DNA of 64,000 bases from Malacoraja senta (GCA_038087875.1 CM075990.1:13146001-13210000), one strand, 5' to 3'; positions 1 through 12,321 are shown, numbered from the stretch's first letter. Made by a program: numbers and translations. The notes: generated from the letters alone by a model not told the origin.

Positions 1-373
1 GATTCTCGAACAAATTAACGATGGAATGACTAGTTATATTGCTTGTGTTAGACATATTATTATAGGAATGTACATACTGAGTTATGAGGGGAGTAATGAA
101 TCCCTACCACTTCCTCTCCATAGCCCAATAAACCAAAGTACTAGTTAATCACCGCACTAATAATTCCAGAGTTGAGCTAAAAAATAATTCCATGTATAAA
201 GGGGATCTTTTAAAACTGCTGACCATTACTCATCATGCAATATTAATCAAAAGAAGTTTTATGAACCATGTTTTGTTCTGAAGCTTTGGAATGAAGTACA
301 TTTTACAAATTCATTCACTCAGCTTACAGATTGATCACAAGAGAGCTGTGCATCATGCTGGATCAATACTTAC

Positions 374-488
374 TGGACAGAACAGTGGTGAGAAAAATGT
401 AATCAGAGAATGAAATCAGTCCACACTCTCCCAGAGTGTAAAATATGCTGTCTTCATCGACAAACTTCTCCCGCCCATGGGTCAGTTT
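374..488 (-). CDS. MICU1: MICU1 coding exon (equivalent to human exon 6), 115 nt; gene continues left of the window
   Basis: tttgtcag|AAACTG...TCCA|gtaagt. Translates [38 protein letters not shown], matching vertebrate MICU1 ([38 protein letters not shown]). Phase 0 start is consistent with the upstream exons. Confidence 0.96.
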
Positions 489-1610
489 CTGACAAAGAAA
501 AAAAAAAAAATATGACAATAATACTGAGAGATTTCTGGGCTATTAAGTATAAGGTTTCAAACTGTTCAAGATGCAAAGCAGAAGCCGAGAGACAAGAAAT
601 GGGAATTTAGTTGATGGCAAAACTGTATGCATGTCATTATAGTTGTGCAGAAGCCACGGTTAGGGAGAATACCATGCAAGGGCCACTGTATCAGACACAC
701 AGTAAACACAGCAATGTTTAAAATAGGAAAGACTGATGCGGACCGATTTACATAAGTAAATGCTGCAAAATGTCACAGCAAAGTTCCAATGATCACCGTG
801 AAATGCAGATCAGTTTTCACTGACCATCAGGAAATTATAACTCAGAAACACAGCTACAAATTAGAATTCAAAGCATTTATACTTTATTCCTTGTTCCAGT
901 TCAGTCAATCAATCACCTCATGACAAATCCATGCTTCAGTACACCGAATATTGACTTTCTTCATATCTCTTGGTACAGAATTAAAAAAAAAAAAACCGAC
1001 TAAACTTGAAAATGTCACCTAATCTTTAGCATATGTATAGATTTCTGGGCACAGGTATAAGATCTCCACAACTCGGCGAAGCAAAGGTGCTTCCTGATTT
1101 TGTTCATATATTGTTCTGTCAAGTGACCTAGTTATTCTGTCAAGTGGCATTGTTTTGGATCATCCCACCAGAAAAAATAACTTTCTGTACCTACAGCACT
1201 GAGTCATAGAGTTTAGAGATACAGCACGGAAACGGGGCCTTTGGCCCAGTGTCTGCGCTGCCCAGCAATCACCCCGTACAAAAGATTCATAGAGTTATAC
1301 AGTAAGGAAACATCAGACTATCTACCCTCTCTACGCCCCTCACAATTTGATTAATCTCGATAAGGTGACTCTTTAGCCTCCTTTGTTACTGGGAGAACAG
1401 CCACAGCTGATCTGATCTCTCCTTATAACCCAAGTCCTCCAGTCCATATTGTTAGGTTACGCGAGTGGGCAATGAGTGGGCAAATTAAGCTGAATGCTGG
1501 TTCAGAAAATCGGTCTGTTTTGGCAGAAAAAAATATATATATATTTTCTCTAAATAGTAAGAGACTGCAGCCTTCTAAGGGATCTGGGTTTCCTAATGCA
1601 CGATTTGCAG

Positions 1611-1888
1611 GTTAGTTTAGATTAGTGTAGAGATACACATCGACCATCTGTTCACACTAGTTCAGTGTTATCCCACTTTCTCATCCATTCCATACACATT
1701 CGGGGCAATCTACAGAGGCCAATTAATATACAAACACGCACGACTTTGGAATGTGGGAGGAAGACAGAGCACCCAGAGGAAACCGATGTGGTTACATGCA
1801 ACTGGTTACTGGTTCCACACCCACAGTAGCTGAGATCAGGATCGAACCTCGGTGTTTGGTATAGTGAGGCAGCTGCGCCACTATGCCA
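1611..1888 (-). mobile_element. tRNA-derived V-SINE (HE1-like), diverged
   Basis: Reverse complement resembles the 9035 copy: A box GTGGCGCAGC, B box GGTTCGATCC, cttcctcccacattccaaag core, ctaaactaa tail. Confidence 0.75.
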
Positions 1889-2239
1889 TCCATAAATTGT
1901 GTGGATCCATATATGGTCCGAAGACTTCATTGTAGTTAACAGGTGAGAATAACTGTCTGACGTCAAAGCACTATGTGACAGAGTGCGGCATCAAAGCACC
2001 CGGGTAAAATTGGTCCATGGACAACAAAGGGCAAAACTCTTCACTGGATGTTATTATGATCAATTAAAATTACCCCTTAACCATCTAAACTCAAGCAAAT
2101 GCAGAGTTATCCACATAATTTAACCCTTTGGACCAGGAGGACAGAAATATTTTCTCATTAGCCAGTTCACTTCCAATAATCCTTCTTTCATCATCTGCCC
2201 AAATACAATCCTTCCTATTGCTCACTTCTATGGCAAAAA

Positions 2240-2472
2240 GATACTGAGCCGGGAAACATCGCCCTGGGGTATCGCTTCAGCGCAGAGGGAGAAGAGGAGG
2301 GAAGAGACTGGAGACCTAAGACTTTTGCCTCCATCACAGTGAGGAGATGTTGGGTGGACTCACTGTGGTGGATGTTAATGTGTGTTTATTGTTGTTTTAT
2401 GTACGACTGCTTCAATTTCGTTCAGACTTCGGTCTGAATGACAATAAAAGGCTATTCTATTCTATTCTATTT
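2240..2472 (+). mobile_element. 3' end of a non-LTR retroelement with stem-loop, AATAAA and (CTATT)n tail
   Basis: ttcagac-TTCG-gtctgaa hairpin at 2421-2438, then aataaa and (ctatt)n. Same layout as the Rex-like 3' ends at 28205-28269 and 41130-41205. Confidence 0.55.
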
Positions 2473-3984
2473 AACCATGTAAAGTATAACATTGGAGTTG
2501 GAGCTTCTCCTTCAAAACTGCTTCCCTTCACCAGGGCTAGCTAGAAGTTGCCAAGGGCCGTATTCACACTTTACTGGTTCAGATCTTAGCGGCATTCTTG
2601 TGTTGCACCACAAGTCCAATATCCTCAAGTGCACTTGGGCCTCCACATGAAATCTGACGAAGGCTCTGCACAACTAACCAGTGAAATTCACTCCTGCACA
2701 TTTCAATGGCTTTTAAAAGCAAATAACCAGTAATATGAGAACTTTGAATGAAAACGCTAGTGAACAGTTCCTGTAGGCAAACTATGTAAAACAAATAGTT
2801 CTTTAACATCATAAATAGGTACTTACACTGGATTCAAATGTCAGAAGTTAGACCACTGCAAATTAGTCAGTTCTGGAGTTAATAGACTAAAAATAATTAT
2901 GTATTTAAACCCAAGCACAAAATGATAACCACATTGCATTTAAAAATATGCAAACTACTAAATACTTAAAAAAAAAATTATCTTCTAGAATGAACCTTTT
3001 ATGAATGGCACAGTATTGTGGAAAAACAACACCTCAAAAGTAATCAATGAAGAAACTAGAACTCTGTTCATTGTTCCTTGTAGTACAAAGTCCATTTGTG
3101 TATCATTTGGAATTTTATTAGTGGTTCATAAATCTCAAAAGCAGTGAATAATTGGAAATATAAATCTGATTGAAAGCAACAGACACACAGATACGTTTCC
3201 AATGTACAACATCTTGGAATTAGTTCAATTTTTGCAAGTTATGTGTAGGAGGATGAAACACAATTCAGTCACACAGAACTCCAATACATTTATATATCAC
3301 TGTAGATATCACCCGCACACAAGCAATAATGTACACCAGCAGGGCAATATATCTGCAGTGCATATCATTTGCAGAATGAGCTGCAGTTAATCACCTTGAC
3401 TACTCAAACACCTTCCAACTTTCTAAAGCCACAGTTGTCACCAAAAAGGATTAGGTCAAGGAGCACTTCAAGGACAACACTACTTGCAGATTTTCCTCAC
3501 GGCCCTATCTAACTTGGAAATATTTTGTCACCTTTTCTAAATCTAAACCCTGGAACTTATATCCGACAACTCTAGAAGTTTCATCACTTGAAAGATTGCA
3601 GCAATTGAAAGCAATGCCTCAGCATCACTTTTTAAAGGGTAATTAAGATTCTGCAACAAATTCTAGATCTTGCCAGCAATGCCTACATCCCACAAATTAA
3701 TTAATAATTCCTGTGCCATTCATCTTTTCAAACCAATGAACACAATCATCTGGTTTGCTGCTTCTGCTGCCTCCTTCAGCAAACCATCACATTTTGAAAG
3801 CTCTTCTTTGACATCCACACATCTTGCTCTAAATTTACTGGAGCACCTTTACATTGCTTTGGCTTCTATTTCAGACAATATTTCACTGTTGACGGATTCT
3901 CCATGCAGTTGTTTAACCTCTGTTACGTACAAGGATACACCTGAGATGTTTATGTTATTATTAATAACAAAAGAGGTGCAGAAG

Positions 3985-4890
3985 GCTAGTGAACTGTGAG
4001 GAGGATGCTATGAGAATGCAGGGTGACTTGGACAGGTTGGGGGAGTGGGCAGATGCATGGCAGATGAAGTTTAATGCGGATAAATGTGAGGTTATCCACT
4101 TTGGTAGCAAAAACAGGAAGGCAGATTACTATCTAATTGGCGTTAAGTTGGGAAAAGGGGAAGTATAACGGGATCTGGGGTTCCTTGTACATAAGTCTAT
4201 GAAAGTAAGCATGCAGGTACAGCAGGCAGTGAAGAAAGCGAATGGCATGTTCGCCTTTATAACAAGAGGAATCGAATATAGGAGCAAAGAGGTCCTTCTG
4301 CAGTTGTACAGAGCCGTAGTGAGACCACACCTGGAGTATTGCATGCAGTTTTGGTCCCATAATTTGAGGAAGGACATTCTTGCTATTGAGGGAGTGCAGC
4401 GTAGGTTTACAAGGTTAATTCCCAGGATGGCTGGACTGTCATATGCTGAGAGAATGGAGCAGCTGGGCTTGTACACTCTGGAGATTAGAAGGATGAGAGG
4501 GAATCTCATTGAAACATATAAGATTGTTAAGGGTTTGGACACGCTAGAGGCAGGAAACATGTTCCAGATGTTGGGGGAGTCCAGAACCAGGGGCCACAGT
4601 TTAAGAATAAGGAGTAAGCCATTTAGAACGGAGACGAGGAAACACTTTTTCTCAGAGAGTGGTGAGTCTGAGGAATTCTCTGCCTCACAGACTCACCACT
4701 CTCTGAGGTGGAGGCAGGTTCTCTGGATGCTTTCAAGAGAGAGCTAGATAGGGCTCTTAAAAATAGCGCTGGGGATATGGGGAGAAGGCAGGAACGGGGT
4801 ACTGATTGGGGATGATCAGCCATGATTACATTGAATGGTGGTGCTGGCTCAAAGGGCCGAATGGCCTACGCCTGCACCTATTGTCTATTG
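3985..4890 (+). mobile_element. CR1-clade LINE, 5'-truncated (RT C-terminus plus 3' UTR)
   Basis: ORF 4199-4747 has typical CR1 ORF2 motifs (LYRAVVRPHLEYC, EGVQRRFTRLIP, TRGHSL). Ends in a tattgtc repeat. Confidence 0.9.
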
Positions 4891-6874
4891 ACTAACTAAA
4901 TCCTGATGCTTGAGGAAACATGTAAAGGACACAAGATATATTTCTGTAGTCTATGTTTTACAATTTAGTCTCAAAATAATTCATCTGTGAACAGTTCATC
5001 CATTGAATCATATTTAGATTACTACCTGTAATATAATAAATGGTAGAAAGGAACTACTTGATGGTCGATATGGGCTGAAGGGCTCCGTTTCTGTGTGGCT
5101 CTTCCACTTTGAGGTGTTATCAGTACGAGATCCTTGTGAGAACCAAACACTTGTAAAGCATGGAGTCCAAGTTCCTTTTCATAATTCATGTTCTATATCT
5201 GCTTTATCATTGCATTGAATGTTATATTTTTCTCTTCTGAGGAAATTATCTGGTTAAATGTTGAGTACGTTCCCCGTTACCCAAATCAAAATCAATACAT
5301 CTCCCCCACTGAATCCAATCACTGCATCTCCTTTCCTAGTCCCAAATGCAAAGTACAAAACATATTTGGCTATCATGGTGTGCACATTCTAACATACCTT
5401 ATTTAACCAGATATTTCTGAAGGATTTAATTGTCACAGAAGCATACACAATCTTTTAAGGGGAATCTACTTCAAGTTCTGATCTATTTTACTGCAACAAT
5501 CATTTGCATGTGCCTTTCACAGTAGCTGCCACCAAGAGTTTACCAATTATTTAGCACACGTCTTATGACCACTTTAAAATAAAATCAATTCTAGATGAGA
5601 CTCTGAATGCTTTTCTCCAAGTCTGGTATTTTTATATATGCAAAACAGCCAATCAGTAATAGGTGCAAAAGGAAGAGACAAATAATATCTGAAAAATTCA
5701 GGAAGAGAGAAAAACAAAAATGCTAGTGAGATGCTGGACTAGCAGTTACTAGAGACTCTTTCCCTCCTTATAATTTCAGATACCCATTTGCTTCCTATCT
5801 ATTCCAGCCATTCTTCACAGATGGTCCCAGATTACTTTTTTTCCCCCACCACTTAAAACATTTTTCTCCTTATATATTTTATTTTTGTACTTTTGCATAG
5901 AAATTGGGCTCACTCAAAGACTATCGTGACAAAATCTCTGAGGTTTCTCTGCTATTCCGAGCATAGGTTGCTTGCAAACTCTGGAGCAGCAATTCCAGAT
6001 TTCTCTTAATTCATATTTATTCTTTAGGTTGAAACACAATCCAGTTTCCCACATCCTCTCTATGTCCAGCAATAACTGAGTGCAGTTTTGCCATGAAATC
6101 CCAGAGAAGCTAAGGGTAAATTGAATAAAAAGCTTGACAGCTACTCTGTACAATTACAGACAATGCTTCTAACATCAACCAACACAGCAAAGAAATAGAT
6201 CTCTGGTTACTACAACACCATTTTGTTGTGTTTCAAAGGGGTTTGTACCCATTGTGCTTAACCCATCAAGTACTCTTTCTTCGACTTGGAATTACAATTT
6301 ATGGCTGACCCAGAGCGGCATTCACTGCTTAGTGCCCAGGCCAACATCTTTTGGCCAACCATACTTGGATTAACTGATGTCTTACGTCACTGCTGTTTCG
6401 TTGGGGTAAAAAAAAGTGATACTCCCGTATGTTAAAAAAATGTCCATTGATGATCTGTGTAGTAAAAGGCGATTTTCAAGCGATGTAATACATTTCTATG
6501 CACAAGAAACGTACTTGCATTCTCCATAACCAGCGACTTTAGTAAAATCCTCCAAAAACAAATCCCAATTTTTCATTTTGTTTGATAGAAAATTTGAGGT
6601 AACAGTCCCTATTGTTCACAATTATTTTGTAAGTGCCGAGGCATGTTGCAACAAACACAGGTCATTACTATTCACATTGAAAGAAAATTTAAGAGCAACA
6701 CAAAATAAAAAATACAATTCAATTTGAGTGATCAGTCTTTCCTGGTGTCTCAGGCACTTGCAATAAAGCATGCTAGGATGGTCCAATCAGAGAAACAAGC
6801 GAGGTCCTGCAGAGGAAAGCACAGCAAAGGCTGAAGTGCATACTGGTTAATGCACATGCTCGCACGCCTCATAC

Positions 6875-6886
6875 CTGCCAGAAATC
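6875..6886 (-). CDS. MICU1: MICU1 12-nt alternative microexon (DFWQ), equivalent to the EFWQ insert of MICU1.1
   Basis: Minus strand: pyrimidine tract ...ctccctcatcag|GATTTCTGGCAG|gtatga. Frame-preserving, and lies between the ...DGK exon and the KLTH... exon, where EFWQ is inserted in mammals. Confidence 0.9.
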
Positions 6887-8108
6887 CTGATGAGGGAGTG
6901 TGATGAAGAGGGGGGAAAAAAATGGTGCCCAGTTACATCACAATATATAGTACACTACATTAAATGAATACAAGCAACTGAGCAGGCAGACAATAAGAAC
7001 AGTTAATGGATACATCAACATTAAGATGACAAAAGCAGTCTGGATGGTTAGTCTTCCGTTTTAGTTGACATTAGCAATGTTAAATTTTAGTAGAACAATA
7101 ATACAAGGAGTTGCAAAATGTTGACTGCATCACCACACAGCAAAACATCTTCATGTTAGAATGCGCATAACATTTGCCAAAATAATTCCAAATAAAAATG
7201 AGTCATCTGCAATATTCCTGTAGAGAGGTTTTCATAATAGAACACACCTGCAGAAATGACCCAGTGACAGTGCGCTTTATTTAAGATTTATAGTTTTTTT
7301 ACAACTCGATTCAATGTTGTACAGTCAAACAGACTGTATTACATCCACAGGCTGTAGGATGCTTGTTGATAAGCAACAGCCATATGGAAACTGGAACATC
7401 TCTGAACAAGGAAAAACACTCATAGTGAAAGAATGTAATATCTGTAGAAAGTAAAATAAGCCGTGGTAAAATAATACATCTGCACAGAACAAAAACTGCC
7501 ATAGTTATACCTGTAGACAGCGAAAACAAATCTTTAATTTTATAAAATTCTCAAATTACAATGTGAATAATGTCAGTCACAATGCCATTTATTTTTATGG
7601 AGAAAAAAAATACTTAACATTAAAGAAACAATCAGGAGTTGCACATCAACATTGCAAGATCATCCAGCTCAAAAGAATATTAAAGTGAAGGGAATTGTAT
7701 TCCCAAGAACATGTCATCAGTGAGTGAAACAGATTGCTCAACGTTTATCCAATGTGTGGACCATATAAATGGATCCAAGTTCCATTCTAAGTCTATTTTG
7801 AATTGGTTGGTTCTACTTGGCTATTTCGGACGTTATTGGGGGTCTCAATCACTTGATTTGTTGAGGATAATTTAGCCAAGGTTTCTTGCCAGATTCCCTG
7901 CAAGAATGATAATTGGTTTGCAAGAACAATTCTGACACTGCAGTCGATGTCCTTTTGGTTAAACTATTTACCCATGCATAAATGATATGCAAACTAGATG
8001 CACACAAATTCTATGTTGGCAACAAGATCCAGAGACCGCAGTTCTAGAAGTTTCTCATCTCTGACATGGACCATTTAGAATAGTTGTTTGCAATATTTTT
8101 CAGGTGAT

Positions 8109-8322
8109 CCAGTTTCCCCTTCCCAGCTCTCTCACAGCCCACTGTCTCCGCCTCTTCCTTTCTTCTTCCCGCCCCCCCCCCCACCCCCACATCAGTTAGA
8201 AGGGTCTCGACCCAAAAAGTCGCCTGTTTCCTTGGCTCCATAGATGCTGCCTCACCCACTGAGTTTCTCCAGCATTTTTGTCTACCTTCGATTTTCCAGC
8301 ATCTGCAGTTCCTACTTTAACA
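8109..8322 (+). mobile_element. Penelope-like element 3'-end fragment with a degenerate hammerhead core
   Basis: Matches 55045-55217 and the reverse complement of 45235-45480. Confidence 0.8.
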
Positions 8323-9034
8323 GTTTCCCAAATGATCGATTTGCACACCCAAATAATAACACCAACCTCTTACATTTAATTAACAGCAGTTCTCCAGTCT
8401 GTGGATTCACATTTATTTAAAGCACCAAACATAGTGATCCATTTTTTAAACATCCTATATCCCATCTGAGGGCTGCAGACCCCACTTTGAAAACCACGGA
8501 TATAGAGTGCATTTGGAATGCAAACTGCTGCCTGATACTCTGGAAAGTACAGTTTTGCAAAGTCTTCAAGAAAAAGGCAGGGGAAAGTTGCTGGCAATAG
8601 AAACTGATTTTCTTGGCAGTCTTTTTTTTCCATTTTTCCCAGCATTGGCGAGTAACCAATCAAGAAATTTATTCCATGCAATAACAAATCTACATTCTTG
8701 GAGTGGAGATGGGCAGAGAATAACGTAATATTTGATCTTAGTACAAAATAATACCGTACTTATGCATCCACTGAGCGATCTTATGCAGTCACTGGTTTAG
8801 AGACAGTCAAATCTCAGCAGGTGAAACAATATGTCAGCACCTTTCAGAACATCAATGTGATTATGGATTAATGTGGAAAATATTTGATTTTATTCTTTAT
8901 GAGATTATACTGAGCTGCAATTTCATATCTTTCACCACCTCCAATTGGCTTTGGGCAGTTTCAATCAGTCATGAAGTTGGGTTTTAAGAAGATGTTGAAG
9001 GGTTTTAAGAAGAAGTTGAGATTTAAGAAGGTTG

Positions 9035-9348
9035 GGCGATCACGGTGGCGCAGCGGTAGAGTTGATGCCTTACAGCGGATGCAGCGCCGGAGACCCGGGT
9101 TCGAACCTGACTACGGTTGCTGTCTGTATGGAGTTTGTACGTTTTCCCCGCGATCTGCGTGGGTTTTCTCCGAGATCTTCGGTTTCCTCCCACACTCCAA
9201 AGACGTACAGGTTTGTAGGTTAATTGGTTTGGTAAATGTTAAAATTGTCCCTAGTGCGTGTGGGATAGTGTTAATGTGCAGGGATCGCTGGTTGGGCGGA
9301 CCAGGTGGGCCGAAGGGCCTGTTTCCGCGCTGTATCTCTAAACTAAAC
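9035..9348 (+). mobile_element. tRNA-derived V-SINE (HE1-like), full length
   Basis: A box TGGCGCAGCGG, B box GGTTCGAACC, central ggtttcctcccacactccaaagac domain, CR1-like tail gggccgaagggcctgtttcc and (ctaaa)n end. Confidence 0.85.
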
Positions 9349-9755
9349 AATTGGTGAAAAATGTGCCAGCAGACTTTCCCCTGTATCTGTCAGAGCATAA
9401 CATTTGATATCATGAATATAGCAGAAGGGATGGAGTTATGTTAGTGCTGTACAACCTGAGCAATGTCTGTTACTGTTAATGTGGAGGAAATTCAATCACT
9501 TGAAAAAAATTATGTAAAATACACAGAAAACATATCAACAAACTTGCCAACAAGTTTAACTGATCACTGGGAGATTTCATCTGGTGCGTACGGTACACAG
9601 ATCTTACACAACATATTGCTGGTGAATTGAACATATAACACACATTTACCACTGCAATATATGGTTAGTGCTGCGCCACAGAGCTGTTATTGTTAACATT
9701 TTCCACCACTGTCCGGTAACAACTGCCTCGTACAAGCCAGCATAATGCTACTAAC

Positions 9756-9799
9756 CTTCCCATCACATCGTTTCACAATGAACTGGTCCAGACCTTGAT
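9756..9799 (-). CDS. MICU1: MICU1 coding exon (equivalent to human exon 5), 44 nt
   Basis: tttacag|ATCAAGGT...GGGAAG|gttagt. Translates (N)QGLDQFIVKRCDGK versus human HLGLDQYIIKRFDGK. Phases fit both neighbours. Confidence 0.95.
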
Positions 9800-11185
9800 C
9801 TGTAAAGGAGGGACACAATGTTATCATTAAATATCACAATGAAATCCTCTTAATGCTTGGCAGTGGCTTTATTTATTCAGATGTCGGACAAAGCATATCA
9901 TGGTTAACTCCCTTCCAGATAATTTAATTCCGATTGAAAATATCTTCCAACATGTTTCAATTTTTAAGGAACACTTTCAAAAGCAAAAAATCTGCAACAT
10001 ATTCCAAGTCAGCGCGTTTGCCAGGATGTAATATATGTCCGAATGTAGAATGCTAGAAGATCTCTCAGTCATTGCTCATGTCATGTTTGTTGATACATTG
10101 CCACTTGCTGCACTTTAACTGTTTCTGCTATGAATTTCAAAACTAAATAATCCAAAAGTTAAGCAAACTGAAGCCCCAAGCTTTACTTTTTTTGCAACTC
10201 AGCATCTGCAGATCCCTGTTTATCCCAAGCTTTACTATTGCTTAAGGGAGTGATGACAAACAGCAGTCCTGTCTCAGAAGAATGGTGTGTGGTATGATGC
10301 CGGACAGCAGAAGCTTCCAAGCTGGGAAGGGAACAAATCAGGGAATGCAAGTAAGGACAATCAATGTTCTGGTGAAAATACAGAGTAAAGAACAGGACGA
10401 GTAGTAGAAGCAATAGAGCAAAAATGTTTTCAGAAGTTGACAATGTTGAAGTAAAGCTTGAATACAGCTCCACGACCAGAGATCATGTTTTGGTAAATGT
10501 GTTTACAACTGGCAAATTACACTTATACAAATGCAATCCTTTATCATCTAAAGAAAGAAACAGTTATCAGTTTACTGACAATCCCATTGTGCCTGAGTGC
10601 TGCTATTACCCCATTCAGGAAGCTAATGCTTAAGCCCAAACTAAATACACAATAGAAGATAGATACAAAAAGCTGGAGTAACTCGGCATGTCTGGCAGCA
10701 TCTCTGAAGAAAAGGAATAGTTCCTGTAAAACTGATGTTTGTGTCAACGGTGCATCAATAAGAAGCCTCAATATCAGCACTGAAATCTGGACAAAAATCA
10801 AACATTTGTTACATAATAACTATAATAACGAGACTAACATATGGTTGATATATAACATTGACAGAAAAATCAACTTGTCCAATTACGTTTACATGTCCAT
10901 TAAAAAAAAGTTAAAATCAAATAATTGCACTGTTAAAGATAGTGGTAAATAGTTGCAAAATATGGCAGTGCAACATGACATGGAGGGAAAACATACTGAC
11001 TGTTCAGTTAATATCCGACTTCATATAGGCAGAATTTAAATCAAATAGAAATTGACCCGTTATACAAATTAAATAAATGGTGTTTGTGAACAAAACCTTC
11101 ATTGATAATTATCAGCACACTTACAAGCAAAGTTTATTTAGCCCTACTTATTATTTCTTCAATAAACAATTTTATGTATAACCTT

Positions 11186-11371
11186 GTGTAAGAAGGAACT
11201 GCAGATGCTGGTTTAAACCGAATTTAGGCACAAAAAGCTGGAGTAACTCAGCGGGACAGGCAGCATCTCTGGAGAGACGGAATGGGTGACGTTTTGGGTC
11301 GAGACCCATTCCTTCCCTCCAGAGATGCTGCCTGTCCCGCTGAGTTGCTCCAGCTTTTTGTGTCTATCTTC
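11186..11371. mobile_element. Foldback Penelope-derived mini-element with 12-bp TSD
   Basis: Inverted arms meet at the gggtcgagaccc stem. TSD atgtataacctt at 11174-11185 and 11372-11383. Confidence 0.85.
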
Positions 11372-11785
11372 ATGTATAACCTTCATTGGTTGGTCTTCCT
11401 CTGCTGGAATTAAAGGCAGTCTATCATGGCAAACATAAGAATGTTACTTATCTGCAAACTACTGCTCCAAGTTATTAACTTGAAATAATAGAGTAGTTCT
11501 CTAATTTAAATCTGATTTCCCATGGCAGAGCAATACATTTTCCATTTCATTATACTGGATTAAATAATTAGAATATTACTTTCTCTTGGCCAAGAGGATT
11601 ATTTTCAACAACATTTTGTTGAAATTGAGTAAATCATTACACTGGAGAAGGAAATATTTATTATCCCCCTCTTCCATCCCCCAAAGTACCCAAATTAAAG
11701 ACAGCATGGATTTAATATGCTATTTTAATAAAGTGAAGTATAGAAGCAATCTTAGATTAAACTATTTAGGACATGCTTAATCTTT

Positions 11786-11988
11786 AGTGCAGGAAGGAAC
11801 TACTGATGCTGCTTTAAACCAAAGATGGACACAAAAAGGAGTTACTCAGCGGGTCTGATAGCATCTTGGAGAAAAGGAATAGGTGATGTTTCTTCAGAAG
11901 GGTCTTGGCCCAAAACGTCACCTATTCCTTTTCTCCAGAGATGCCGCCTGACCCGCTGAGTTACTCCAGCTTCTTGCGTCTATCTTTG
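11786..11988. mobile_element. Foldback Penelope-derived mini-element with 12-bp TSD
   Basis: Inverted arms. TSD tgcttaatcttt at 11774-11785 and 11989-12000. Confidence 0.85.
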
Positions 11989-12321
11989 TGCTTAATCTTT
12001 CAATGGGCAGAGACAATAAGTGTAACAGCCAGCGCTGGTTATTTGGCCATAGATCCGATGGAGAGAGACATTTCTACCTTCTTCACATGAACGTTCCAAT
12101 AGCTAACAGTTTCTCTCTCCCTTTGTTCTCATCCCATAGCTGACCCACTCAACAACCACTGTTTCTTACATTAGCTCAACTATTAATGTCAAAATTGGAA
12201 TTCATTCTCTAAGCAATTTCATTAGAATTCTTTAGTGGGGATCTTCAAATTGGGCTACATTTCCATTCAATTCAAGAGCTTTTCGATAAACGTTAACTGA
12301 AATGCAATTTTTCCCACTCAC

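Noticed and set aside
2827..2855. Possible 29-nt poison exon in a MICU1 intron (ttgcag|...|gtaagt)
   Set aside because: Poor polypyrimidine tract and no other support, so likely a chance match.
7240..7530. Cluster of acceptor-like sites and cag|gt junctions (7511/7510, 7248/7247) as recursive splice sites
   Set aside because: The reconstituted donors (gtataa, gtgtgt) are weak and the intron is short. It cannot be supported without RNA data.
9035..9120. tRNA gene
   Set aside because: The A/B boxes belong to a SINE head that continues into a V-domain and LINE-like tail, with several diverged copies in the window.
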